Assembly: GCA_905210485.1 (NCBI GenBank)
Contig: CAJLXA010000003.1
Span: forward strand, 6,152 to 70,151
Direction of reading: 5' to 3'
Length of the DNA stretch: 64,000 bases
From: an uncultured Eubacteriales bacterium
GTDB lineage: Bacteria > Bacillota > Clostridia > Oscillospirales > CAG-272
The translations under genes were made by a program, and so were the position numbers. The first letter of the stretch is position 1; every line of letters starts with the position of its first letter. Of this stretch, positions 18,896 to 27,946 are shown in pieces. The notes under the pieces are model-generated. The model worked only from the letters and a program-made list of their open reading frames with translations. It ran no database searches and was not told the origin of the DNA.

Positions 18896-20725
18896 TTATT
18901 CCACAGTAACGGATTTTGCGAGATTACGCGGGCGATCGACATCGCAACCGCGCAGAGAGGCCACGTGATAGGCCAGAAGCTGTAACGCCGTTGCCGATAC
19001 GATCGGCGCAATGAATTCATTGCACGGCGGCAGAACGATGGAAACGGTGGCCAGAGACTCCACGTCCTTCGACGGCGTTCCGATTGTATAAAGCGTTGCG
19101 CCGCGGGCGAGGACTTCTTTCATATTGCTGATCGTTTTTTCGCGGACGGATTCCACAGTGGAGAGCGCGATAACGGGCGTTTCATCTTCGATGAGCGAAA
19201 TGGTACCGTGTTTCAGTTCTCCCGCCGCATAGGCTTCGCTATGGATATAGGAGATCTCTTTCAGTTTCAGGGAACCCTCCAGAGCGGTGACGTAATCGGT
19301 GTTACGGCCAATGAAGAAAACGTCCTCCGCACCGATCAGCGTACTTGCCACACCGCGAATAGCGTCGGACAGTGCAAGTGTGCGGCGAACGGCGTCGGGA
19401 AGGGAGGTGAGCAGGAGCGCCGTTTTCTCACGGGCTTCTTCTTCCGAGATGTTTGATGACAAAAGCGCGAGTTTTACGGCCAGAAGCGAAAGCAGAGCCG
19501 TCTGTACGGTATAGGCTTTTGTGGAGGCAACCGCGATTTCCGGGCCGGCAAGCGTCGGAAGAACGGCATCGGCTTCACGCGCTATGGAAGAACCGATGAC
19601 ATTTACGACGGCGATAACATAGGCGCCGGCCTGTTTTGCAAGTCTCAAAGCGGCGAGGCTGTCGGCGGTCTCTCCGGATTGGGAAATGATTAGTACAACG
19701 TCATTCTTGCCGATGAGAGGATCGCTGTAGCGGAATTCGGAGGCAATCTCCGCATGTGCCGGGATTCTTGCGATTTTTTCGATCAGATATTTGCCGTAAT
19801 AACCGGCGTGATAGGCGGTACCGCATGCGACGACCGTGATCTTCTTTGCTTCGGAAAGGCGCTTTTCGTCAAGTCCGTCATTCCGGAAGTCGGGGAGCCC
19901 GTCGCGTATGCGCGGCGAAAGCGTCTTTACGATGGCGTCCGGCTCCTCATTCATTTCTTTTTCCATGAAACAGGAGAAACCGCCGCGTTCGGCCGCTTGC
20001 ATATCCCAGAGCGCCACTTCTTCTTTTTTGGCGACAGGCAGATTATTTTTGTCTAAAAATGTAATGTTATCTTTACAAATTATGGCTATTTCGCCTTGGT
20101 CAAGCCGGAAATAGTGATTGGTGTCCGGCAGAAAAGCCGTGAGATCGGAGGCAATGAAATTTTCGTTTTTTCCGATACCGATCAGAAGCGGACTTTCCCG
20201 TCTCACAGCATAGATTTTATCCGGTTCATCGCAGAACAGAACACCGAATGCATAAGAACCGCGGATTTTTTCTTCGGTTTTCCTTATGGCGGTGACGGGA
20301 TCGGCATACTGCTTATAGTAACAGTCAATCAGTTTGGCGGCCACCTCGGTGTCGGTATCCGAATAGAAAGTATATCCCTGTTCTCTCAGAAATTGACGAA
20401 GTTCCTCGTAATTTTCGATGATACCGTTATGTACAAGCTGTACATGCGCTGTTCCGTGCGGGTGAGAGTTTTCGTCCGACGGGGCGCCGTGCGTTGCCCA
20501 GCGGGTGTGCCCGATGGCGCAATGCGTCGTGATCGCCGGCATGGCGGCGATCTTTTTTTCAACGTTTTCGATTTTACCTTTTGCTTTGACGGTAGTGAGG
20601 CTTCCGTCATTGTCGAAGTAGGCAATTCCCGCAGAATCGTATCCGCGGTATTCGAGTGCATGCAACCCCGTTATTACCTTGTCGACGGCATTTTTTGTAC
20701 CTGTATAACCAATGATACCGCACAT
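18896..20725 (-). CDS. glmS: Glutamine--fructose-6-phosphate aminotransferase
   Basis: MCGIIGYTG gives the Ntn catalytic Cys2. Two SIS domains follow, and the C-terminus is NLAKSVTVE. The true start is ATG 20725. Confidence 0.95.
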   Translation of the reverse strand: MCGIIGYTGTKNAVDKVITGLHALEYRGYDSAGIAYFDNDGSLTTVKAKGKIENVEKKIAAMPAITTHCAIGHTRWATHGAPSDENSHPHGTAHVQLVHNGIIENYEELRQFLREQGYTFYSDTDTEVAAKLIDCYYKQYADPVTAIRKTEEKIRGSYAFGVLFCDEPDKIYAVRRESPLLIGIGKNENFIASDLTAFLPDTNHYFRLDQGEIAIICKDNITFLDKNNLPVAKKEEVALWDMQAAERGGFSCFMEKEMNEEPDAIVKTLSPRIRDGLPDFRNDGLDEKRLSEAKKITVVACGTAYHAGYYGKYLIEKIARIPAHAEIASEFRYSDPLIGKNDVVLIISQSGETADSLAALRLAKQAGAYVIAVVNVIGSSIAREADAVLPTLAGPEIAVASTKAYTVQTALLSLLAVKLALLSSNISEEEAREKTALLLTSLPDAVRRTLALSDAIRGVASTLIGAEDVFFIGRNTDYVTALEGSLKLKEISYIHSEAYAAGELKHGTISLIEDETPVIALSTVESVREKTISNMKEVLARGATLYTIGTPSKDVESLATVSIVLPPCNEFIAPIVSATALQLLAYHVASLRGCDVDRPRNLAKSVTVE

Positions 20726-20744
20726 ATATTGTTTATCCTTTCTC

Positions 20745-22100
20745 TCAATAAGCCGCGAGTTTTTCGGCAATGGCCGCGGCGACGCGTTCGGTCATGGCGC
20801 GTACCTTTTCTTCGTCCGCACCCTCCATCATAACGCGCAGAAGCGGTTCCGTGCCGGAAGGACGGACAACAAGACGACCGTTGTCACCGATCTCTTTTTC
20901 CGCGTCCGCGATGATGGCACGTACGTCACGGTCGGTATAAAACGCGATTTTCCCTTCGGGAGATACGCGGAGATTGACCAGATATTGCGGATAGCGGCGC
21001 ATAGTTTTTTTCAGTTCGGACAGCGGCTTTTTCGTGTTTGCCATCATGGACAGGACGTGTGCCGCCGTAAGTTGACCGTCGCCGGTCGTGGCGTAGTCAC
21101 GCAGGATCAGATGACCGGACTGTTCGCCGCCGAAAGAGAGGTCTTCCAGATTCAGCGTTTCCAGAACATAACGGTCGCCGACCTTGGCGGGAATAAACGT
21201 AAGGCCGTTTTCTTCACAGAATTTTGAAAAGCCGAAGTTGGTCATAATGGTGCCCACAACGGTATTTTTCTTGAGTTTGCCGCGTTTCTTCATATCAAGA
21301 GCCATCATGGCCATGATCATGTCGCCGTCGATTTCTTCACCGTTTTCGTCGACCATCAGGCAACGGTCGGCATCGCCGTCAAATGCGGCGCCGCCGTCAA
21401 GCTTATGGCGTTTGACATAAGCGGAAAGCTGTTCAAGATGCGTGGAACCGCATTTGTCATTGATATTGATGCCGTCGGGATTGTCGGACAGCATGACGCA
21501 CTCCGCTCCGAGAGAAGTGAAGAAGGTTTCGGCGCTGCGGGAAGCAGAGCCGTTGGCACAGTCCAGCGCGATGCGAAGTCCGTCGAAACGGGTGGGCGTG
21601 GATTCGCGCAAATGTTCGATATAGTCCCGCACAGCCGAATCCTCAATATATATACGTCCGATCTGACGGCTTGCGGCGTGCGCCGGTTCGGGAGAATGAT
21701 CGAGAACAATGGATTCAATCTGTTCTTCCAGTTCATCGGGAAGTTTGAAGCCGTCGCCGCCGAATATCTTAATGCCGTTGTATTCATAGGCATTGTGCGA
21801 CGCGGAGATCATGATGCCTGCCGTGGCGGCATATTTTCCTACAAGATAGGCGATGGCCGGTGTGGGCACAACGCCCAAAATCACAACGTCCGCACCCACC
21901 GAGCAAAGACCTGCGGCAAGCGCCGAAGCGAGCATTTCCGAGGAAATACGGGTATCGTATCCGACGATCACCTTGGATTTATAATGTTTTTGCCCGGAAA
22001 GAACGGTGGCGGCCGCACGGCCGATCTCCAGAGCCATTTCGCAGGTCAGGAATTCATTGGCGACACCGCGGACGCCGTCTGTACCGAATAATCTTCTCAT
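20745..22100 (-). CDS. glmM: Phosphoglucosamine mutase
   Basis: FGTDGVRG, the ISASHNAYEYNGIK phosphoserine loop and FDGDADR are present. Confidence 0.95.
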   Translation of the reverse strand: MRRLFGTDGVRGVANEFLTCEMALEIGRAAATVLSGQKHYKSKVIVGYDTRISSEMLASALAAGLCSVGADVVILGVVPTPAIAYLVGKYAATAGIMISASHNAYEYNGIKIFGGDGFKLPDELEEQIESIVLDHSPEPAHAASRQIGRIYIEDSAVRDYIEHLRESTPTRFDGLRIALDCANGSASRSAETFFTSLGAECVMLSDNPDGININDKCGSTHLEQLSAYVKRHKLDGGAAFDGDADRCLMVDENGEEIDGDMIMAMMALDMKKRGKLKKNTVVGTIMTNFGFSKFCEENGLTFIPAKVGDRYVLETLNLEDLSFGGEQSGHLILRDYATTGDGQLTAAHVLSMMANTKKPLSELKKTMRRYPQYLVNLRVSPEGKIAFYTDRDVRAIIADAEKEIGDNGRLVVRPSGTEPLLRVMMEGADEEKVRAMTERVAAAIAEKLAAY

Positions 22101-22121
22101 ATAGGTTGCTCCGTTTCTGGT

Positions 22122-22805
22122 TTATATAATCGTATTTTCTTCTTTGCGGGGGACAATATGCTTTTCATCTTTATAGATTACATGGGCGGGAATGATGCCG
22201 CGGACGCGTGAAAGCGGGTAAATAATGCTTTTACGTCCGATGACGGAGCCGGGGCAGAGAACGGAGTTACAACCGACTTCGGCGTAATCGCCGAGCATGA
22301 CGCCGAGTTTGCGGAGACCTGTCGGATAATCGCTTTCCCCGTGTACGGTAATGCCGGCTTTATCGGAACGGAAGTTGGATGCGATGCTTCCGGCTCCCAT
22401 ATGCGATTTATAGCCGAGCACAGAGTCGCCGACATAATTATAATGCGGGATCTGTACGCCGTCCATAATGACGGCATTTTTGATTTCGGTGGAATTTCCG
22501 ACGACGCACCCTTCGCCGATCAGGGCCGAACCGCGTATAAACGCGCAGTGACGTACCTCGGTGTTTTTACCGATGATGGTGGGGCCGTCAATGCATGCCG
22601 TGGGACTGATGACGGCGTCGTTATGTATATAGACATCGCCCGGTAAGGCACGGTATTCCGCGGGGTTCAGAGATTTTCCGAGCGTGCGGATAAATTCAGA
22701 CAGACCGGGAAGAACCTCCCACGGGTACCGCGCGGTAAGGAAAAGCGATTTTGCCAATGTATGCGACAAATCAAACAGTTCTTCTGTTTTCGGTGTGTTT
22801 GCCAT
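22122..22805 (-). CDS. Left-handed beta-helix (hexapeptide) acyltransferase resembling the GlmU C-terminal half
   Basis: 227 aa of hexapeptide repeats (IGKNTEVRHCAFIRGSALIGEGCVVGNSTEIKNAVIMDG...VGDSVLGYKSHMGAGSIASN...VGCNSVLCPGSVIG). No nucleotidyltransferase domain is present. It is the first gene of the glmM-glmS operon. Confidence 0.65.
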   Translation of the reverse strand: MANTPKTEELFDLSHTLAKSLFLTARYPWEVLPGLSEFIRTLGKSLNPAEYRALPGDVYIHNDAVISPTACIDGPTIIGKNTEVRHCAFIRGSALIGEGCVVGNSTEIKNAVIMDGVQIPHYNYVGDSVLGYKSHMGAGSIASNFRSDKAGITVHGESDYPTGLRKLGVMLGDYAEVGCNSVLCPGSVIGRKSIIYPLSRVRGIIPAHVIYKDEKHIVPRKEENTII

Positions 22806-22847
22806 CGTATTACCTCTTTTAACACAAAAATAATCAAAATCAACACT

Positions 22848-22876
22848 ATTTTATCATATATGTCTTGAAAAGTCAA
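22848..22876 (-). promoter_or_regulatory. Sigma-A-type promoter of the LbH-glmM-glmS operon
   Basis: Minus strand: TTGACT (22876-22871), 17-nt spacer, TAAAAT (22853-22848). Confidence 0.55.
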
Positions 22877-22987
22877 TCCGATTCTTACTTTTAGCAACAT
22901 TGTGTTATAATTAAACCCTGTAAAAATGGTTTCGTGCGATTCCGACAAAGACTTCTGCAGAAATCTTGAAAATCTTTTAAAAACCTA

Positions 22988-23036
22988 TTGACAAAAATGT
23001 ACGAATATGCTATCATACGTTTGAACAAATGTTCAA
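22988..23036 (+). promoter_or_regulatory. Promoter plus ArsR/SmtB-type operator palindrome
   Basis: TTGACA (22988-22993), 17-nt spacer, TATCAT (23011-23016). The 7-2-7 inverted repeat TTGAACA-AA-TGTTCAA follows immediately at 23021-23036. Confidence 0.6.
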
Positions 23037-23055
23037 GTGTTGAAAGGAGGGGGCC

Positions 23056-23442
23056 ATGACAGACCACACGGAAACTACGGAAAACACGGAAGAAATGCCC
23101 CATTGCGATTATAAACATGCGCACGGTGCACTGATTGAAAAACTGAAAGCCGATACGCCCGCGAGAGAAACGCTGAATAAACTTTCGGATTTGTATAAGG
23201 TTTTCGGCGATGAAACGCGTATCCGGATTCTGTACGCGCTTTTTGAAAGCGAACTTTGCGTATGCGATATTGCGCAGCTTTTATCCCTGACGGTTTCTGC
23301 CGTTTCCCATCAGTTGCGGATCCTGAAACAGGCGAGGCTCGTCGACTATCGAAGGAGCGGTAAAGCCGTATTTTACTCGCTTGCGGACGCACATGTGCGT
23401 TTGATTATCGCGCAGGGAATCGATCACGTCAGCGAGAGATGA
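23056..23442 (+). CDS. ArsR/SmtB-family metal-sensing repressor (CadC/CzrA-like)
   Basis: ETRIRILYALFESELCVCDIAQLL...SHQLRILKQARLV...GKAVFYSL forms a winged HTH with a CVC alpha-3 metal site. Confidence 0.85.
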   Translation: MTDHTETTENTEEMPHCDYKHAHGALIEKLKADTPARETLNKLSDLYKVFGDETRIRILYALFESELCVCDIAQLLSLTVSAVSHQLRILKQARLVDYRRSGKAVFYSLADAHVRLIIAQGIDHVSER

Positions 23443-23502
23443 ATTTTTGTTTTATCTGAATTCTTATCAAAAACAGTATATGAAAAGGAGAGTTTTAACG
23501 TT

Positions 23503-23724
23503 ATGAAAAAATCATTTGCCATTGAAGACCTGGATTGCGCACATTGCGCGTCGAAAATCGAAGAAGGGATCAAAAAAATCGAGGGCGTTGAATCCGCCAG
23601 CGTTAACTTCCTTGCGGCAAAGTTCACGCTGACTGCCGACGACGCCGTATTTTCCTCGGTACTGGAAAAAGCGTTGGCCGTGTTCAAAAAGATCGAGCCG
23701 GATTGCCGGGTGATTGTTAAATGA
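23503..23724 (+). CDS. Heavy-metal-associated (HMA) domain protein
   Basis: 73 aa in a ferredoxin-like HMA pattern with DCAHCASKIE (CxxC). Its stop overlaps the ATPase start (ATGA). Confidence 0.8.
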   Translation: MKKSFAIEDLDCAHCASKIEEGIKKIEGVESASVNFLAAKFTLTADDAVFSSVLEKALAVFKKIEPDCRVIVK

Positions 23725-25604
23725 AGAAGAAACAAAAACGGGTACTCCTGCGCATTATACTGTCGGCGGTGCTTCTGCTGACATTGGCGATACTTGAAAA
23801 ATTTCCGCTGAAGGATGCGCCGCGGCTTCTTTTGTTCTTCCTTTATTGTGTTCCGTATCTCATTATCGGTTACGATGTTTTGCTTCGTGCGGGCAAGAAC
23901 ATTGTAAACGGTAATCTGTTTGACGAAAACTTTCTTATGTCCATTGCCACGATCGGCGCGTTCGCCGTCAGTTTTCTCGGCGATAAGGTGGAGTTTGAAG
24001 AAGCGGTATTCGTCATGCTCTTTTACCAGGTGGGCGAACTGTTCCAAAGTATTGCCGTGGGCAGAAGCCGCAATGCGATTTCCGACCTGATGAACATACG
24101 CCCGGATTATGCGAACCTTGAGCGCGACGGGGAAGTGACGCGCGTCGCCCCCGAAGAGGTGGCAGTCGGCGATGTGATTGTTATCCGCCCCGGTGAAAAG
24201 ATTCCGCTTGACGGTACGATTATCGAAGGCACTTCGGACGTGAACACCGCCGCATTGACCGGCGAATCGTTTCCGCGTGCGGTCGGCGCCGGCGACGCCG
24301 TATACAGCGGCTGTGTAAACGGCGCCGGTTTACTGCGCATGAAGGCCGATAAACCCTATGAAGATTCCACGGTAGCGCGGATCCTGTCGCTTGTGGAAAA
24401 TGCGGCGTCACGCAAATCGAAAAGTGAAAATTTCATTACGGTCTTTGCCCGGTATTATACGCCGACCGTTGTTTTCCTCTCGGTTTTACTGGCTTTTCTT
24501 CCGCCGCTCATTTCCGGGAACTTTGCGGCCAATTTTATTACATGGTTGACGCGGGCGCTTATGTTTCTCGTTGTTTCCTGTCCCTGCGCCCTGGTTATTT
24601 CGGTACCGCTTTCTTTCTTCGGCGGTATCGGCGCCGCTTCCCGCCGCGGTATTCTCGTCAAAGGCTCTATGTATCTTGAGGGACTTTCGTCCGTGAAAAC
24701 GGTCGTTTTCGATAAGACCGGTACGCTGACCGTCGGCAACTTTTCGGTGACCGAGGTTGCGCCCGTCGGTATGACGGAAACGGAATTGCTGTATTATGCC
24801 GCGGCGGCCGAAAGTTACTCCACGCATCCGATCGCGCTTGCATTGCGCAAAGCGGCCAAAACCGACGGTGCGGTCGTGAGCGACGTGACGGAGATTCCCG
24901 CGCACGGCCTGTCCGCAACGGTGGACGGTAAAAAAATTCTTGCGGGAAACCGTGCGTTGATGGACAAAGAGGGCATCGCTTTCACGCCCTATTCCGGTGA
25001 CGGCAGTGTTGTCTACATTGCCTGCGACGGCGTTTACTGCGGTTATGTCGCTGTGGCGGACGTAGTGAAGCCGGATGCCGATTCGGCAATCGGCGATTTG
25101 AAAATGAGGGGAATCCGTACCGTAATGCTGACGGGCGACCGCGAAAAAGCGGGGCGCGCGGTGGCAGAGCAACTGGAACTTGACGAATATCATACGGAAC
25201 TGCTTGCCGCCGATAAGGTTGAAAAGGTCGAAGAAATGCTTTCTTCGATGCCTCACGGCAAAAAGTTGATGTTTGTCGGCGACGGTGTAAATGACGCGCC
25301 GGTTCTGTCACGGGCGGATATCGGCGTTGCGATGGGGGGACTCGGTTCGGACGCCGCCATTGAGGCCGCGGATATTGTGCTGATGGACGATAATCCCGAA
25401 AAAATCGCCGAGGCAATCGAAATATCCAAATCGACCTTGCAGATTGTACGGGAGAATATTATTTTCGCTCTCGGCGTCAAGGTAGCGGTTCTGATATTGT
25501 CGGCAATCGGTCTGACGGATCTCCGGCTTGCGGTATTTGCCGATGTCGGTGTGGCGGTACTGGCCATTATCAACGCTATGCGTGCGTTGCGATTCAATAA
25601 ATAA
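23721..25604 (+). CDS. cadA: P1B-type heavy-metal (Cd/Zn/Co-type) translocating ATPase
   Basis: SCPCALVIS (CPC), DKTGTLT, MLTGD and VGDGVNDAP motifs. The protein itself has no N-terminal HMA domain. Confidence 0.9.
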   Translation: MKKKQKRVLLRIILSAVLLLTLAILEKFPLKDAPRLLLFFLYCVPYLIIGYDVLLRAGKNIVNGNLFDENFLMSIATIGAFAVSFLGDKVEFEEAVFVMLFYQVGELFQSIAVGRSRNAISDLMNIRPDYANLERDGEVTRVAPEEVAVGDVIVIRPGEKIPLDGTIIEGTSDVNTAALTGESFPRAVGAGDAVYSGCVNGAGLLRMKADKPYEDSTVARILSLVENAASRKSKSENFITVFARYYTPTVVFLSVLLAFLPPLISGNFAANFITWLTRALMFLVVSCPCALVISVPLSFFGGIGAASRRGILVKGSMYLEGLSSVKTVVFDKTGTLTVGNFSVTEVAPVGMTETELLYYAAAAESYSTHPIALALRKAAKTDGAVVSDVTEIPAHGLSATVDGKKILAGNRALMDKEGIAFTPYSGDGSVVYIACDGVYCGYVAVADVVKPDADSAIGDLKMRGIRTVMLTGDREKAGRAVAEQLELDEYHTELLAADKVEKVEEMLSSMPHGKKLMFVGDGVNDAPVLSRADIGVAMGGLGSDAAIEAADIVLMDDNPEKIAEAIEISKSTLQIVRENIIFALGVKVAVLILSAIGLTDLRLAVFADVGVAVLAIINAMRALRFNK

Positions 25605-25649
25605 AGCCGTAAATAAGTAAATATTTATTTACAGCATGCCTGCTTTTCA

Positions 25650-25691
25650 AAAGAAAGAATCCGAACGGCGAAAACCGTTCGGATTCTTTTT
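25650..25691. terminator. Bidirectional terminator between the ATPase and thrS
   Basis: 12-bp perfect stem GAATCCGAACGG/CCGTTCGGATTC flanked by an A-run and a T-run. Confidence 0.8.
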
Positions 25692-25706
25692 ATCATTATG
25701 GGAGCA

Positions 25707-27473
25707 TCAACTCTTGCGGGTAGCGATTTCGTCTTTCAGTTTGGCGATGAATTCGTCAAGCGTCATGGTGACGGTCTCGGCAGTATCGCGGTTGCGGACA
25801 GAGACCGTGCCGTTTTCGGCTTCCTGCTGGCCGATAATCACCATATAAGGAACGCGGTCAACGACCTGCGCTTCACGGATCATATAACCGATCTTTTCAT
25901 TGCGGTCGTCCAGTTCGACGCGGATTTTCTCGTTACGGAGTTTTTCATATACCGTGCGGCCGTATGCTGCGCATTTTTCGGAAACAAGAAGTACCTTTGC
26001 CTGCGTCGGAGCCAGCCATGCAGGGAATTTACCGGCGTAATGTTCCGTCAGGATACCGATAAAGCGTTCGATGGAGCCGAAGCATACACGGTGCACCATG
26101 ATCGGACGTTCTTTTTGTCCGCTTTCCGCGGTATATTCCAGTCCGAAGTTGAGAGGCATCTGGAAGTCGAGCTGGATAGTGCCGCATTGCCAGGTTCTTC
26201 CCAGCGAATCTTCAAGGTGAAAATCAATTTTCGGTCCGTAGAACGCGCCGTCTCCTTCGTTTATCACATAAGGAAGACCGATCTTTTCCAATGCGGTAAT
26301 AAGACCGTTTGTGGCTGCTTCCCAGTCCTCGTCGCTGCCCATACTGTTTTCGGGACGTGTGGAGAGTTCGACATGGTACTTGAAGCCGAATTTGTTATAT
26401 ACTTCGTTGATAAGATTGACAACGCCGATGATCTCGTCGGTAATCTGGTCGCGGCGCATGAAGATATGCGCGTCGTCCTGCGTGAAGCAACGGACACGGA
26501 ACAGACCGTGGAGCGCGCCTTTCAGCTCATGGCGGTGAACCAGACCCAGTTCGCCGGCACGGATCGGCAGATCGCGGTAACTGTGAAGCTGGCTTTTGTA
26601 AACCATAACGCCGCCGGGACAGTTCATCGGTTTGATGCAATAGACTTCGTCATCAATCATGGTGGAGTACATGTTGTCTTTATAGTGATCCCAGTGGCCG
26701 CTGGTTTCCCACAGATGACGATTCATGATAAGCGGTGTGGATATTTCCACATAATTTTCGCGGGTATGAATTTCGCGCCAGTAATCAATCAGCGCATTGC
26801 GGAGCTGCATACCTTTCGGCAGGAAAAAGGGGAAGCCGGGGGCTTCGTCGCAAAGCATGAAAAGATTCATTTCCTTGCCGATACGGCGGTGATCGCGTTT
26901 CTCCGCTTCTTCAAGAAGACGGAGATAGTTGTCCAGCTCTTCCTGCGTGCGGAAAGCGATACCCTTAATACGGGTAAGCATTTTATTGTTTTTGTCGTTT
27001 TTCCAGTATGCGCCCGATTGCCCCATCAGTTTGAAGGCTTTCAGCGCTTTTGTATAGCACAGGTGAGGGCCGACGCACATGTCCACATATTCGCCCTGTT
27101 TATAGAAACTGATAACGGCATCTTCGGGGAGATCGCCGATGTGTTCCACCTTGTATTTTTCGCCGCGGGCTTCCATGTCGGCGATCGCTTCGGCACGGGG
27201 GAGCGTATAGGGTTTGATCGGCAGGTTTTCTTTTACGATCTTTTTCATTTCCTTTTCGATGTTGGCAAGATCGTCTTCCGAAAGTTTGGTTTCGCCGAGG
27301 TCAATATCGTAGTAGAATCCTTTTTCGTTTGCGGGGCCGTACGCAAAGTTGGCGTGCGGATACAGTCGTTTTACGGCCTGCGCGAGAATATGAGCGGCTG
27401 TATGGCGCAGAATGTGCAGTTCTTCTTCGGGGGCACATTCGGCTACATGGCCGTCGTTGTAGATGACTTTCAT
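25707..27473 (-). CDS. thrS: Threonine--tRNA ligase (short form, TGS domain essentially absent)
   Basis: An editing-domain start (LRHTAAHILAQA) appears only about 20 aa from the N-terminus. Class II core motifs are present (HRHELKGALHGLFRVRCFTQDDAHIF; GRTWQCGTIQLDF), followed by an anticodon-binding C-terminus. Confidence 0.93.
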   Translation of the reverse strand: MKVIYNDGHVAECAPEEELHILRHTAAHILAQAVKRLYPHANFAYGPANEKGFYYDIDLGETKLSEDDLANIEKEMKKIVKENLPIKPYTLPRAEAIADMEARGEKYKVEHIGDLPEDAVISFYKQGEYVDMCVGPHLCYTKALKAFKLMGQSGAYWKNDKNNKMLTRIKGIAFRTQEELDNYLRLLEEAEKRDHRRIGKEMNLFMLCDEAPGFPFFLPKGMQLRNALIDYWREIHTRENYVEISTPLIMNRHLWETSGHWDHYKDNMYSTMIDDEVYCIKPMNCPGGVMVYKSQLHSYRDLPIRAGELGLVHRHELKGALHGLFRVRCFTQDDAHIFMRRDQITDEIIGVVNLINEVYNKFGFKYHVELSTRPENSMGSDEDWEAATNGLITALEKIGLPYVINEGDGAFYGPKIDFHLEDSLGRTWQCGTIQLDFQMPLNFGLEYTAESGQKERPIMVHRVCFGSIERFIGILTEHYAGKFPAWLAPTQAKVLLVSEKCAAYGRTVYEKLRNEKIRVELDDRNEKIGYMIREAQVVDRVPYMVIIGQQEAENGTVSVRNRDTAETVTMTLDEFIAKLKDEIATRKS

Positions 27474-27499
27474 AAGTGATCTCCTTTATTTTGATGATG

Positions 27500-27755
27500 T
27501 TTTAAGTGCGGATAGATAATTGCATAAAAGAAATAAAAAAACCCTGACACAGCGCAAAACTGTTGTCAAGGGTGCGATAGGCACGGTTCCACCTTGAATT
27601 TTCACTCATTGAATATGCAATTATGAACGCAGGCGGTATCTTTCGGGACTTGTCGGCCATGTTTTCAGCAGTGCACGGCTCTCTGTGCGACGGTGACCCG
27701 CAGACATGTTCTGCGCTTCGGAACACACGGTTCCTTTCGATTGTTCGATTTACTT
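27500..27755 (-). promoter_or_regulatory. T-box leader (Thr) with terminator/antiterminator
   Basis: Minus-strand promoter TTGACA (27789-27784)-17-TATAAT (27766-27761). An AGAGAG box is present. The T-box sequence AAUUCAAGGUGGAACCGUGC is the revcomp of 27581-27600. A terminator stem (27542-27572) is followed by a U-run. A candidate ACC specifier lies at 27637-27635. Confidence 0.8.
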
Positions 27756-27880
27756 TTTTCATTATAACACGGTGAAATTTCTTTGTCAAGAAATTCGGAG
27801 AAAAAAGCGGGAGAAACGGCGACTTTTTTTCTTTTTCCCCAAAAGGTCGAAAAAGGGAATACGAAAATATGTCTTTTCCC

Positions 27881-27909
27881 TTGACATTACGAGCAATTTC
27901 GGATATAAT
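27881..27909 (+). promoter_or_regulatory. Sigma-A-type promoter
   Basis: TTGACA (27881-27886), 17-nt spacer, TATAAT (27904-27909). Confidence 0.6.
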
Positions 27910-27946
27910 ACCTATAAAAGGATATACGAGATACGGAGGATTTACG

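Noticed and set aside
18706-19020. 105-codon N-terminal extension of mnmG in the ORF track. Similar extensions occur for glmS (20726-20770), rpsF (33602-33700), rimP, tkt, wecB and the recombinase.
   Set aside because: The canonical N-termini (MEFTTTVAVIGAGHAG, MCGIIGY, MEKIQASYE and others) start at internal ATGs that have proper Shine-Dalgarno sequences. The mnmG extension would overlap glmS by 125 nt.
20726-20744. Looked for a glmS ribozyme upstream of glmS and upstream of the operon (22806-22847)
   Set aside because: Only 19 nt separate glmM and glmS. The operon leader is about 45 nt, far shorter than the ~170-nt ribozyme, and no conserved core was seen.
25698-27479. 593-aa plus-strand ORF covering the whole of thrS in antisense
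   Set aside because: It is in exact codon register with thrS (both have low coordinates congruent to 0 mod 3). It is therefore open simply because thrS uses no TTA, CTA or TCA codons, whose complements are the stop codons. It has no RBS and no recognisable motifs, and the sense gene is unambiguous.
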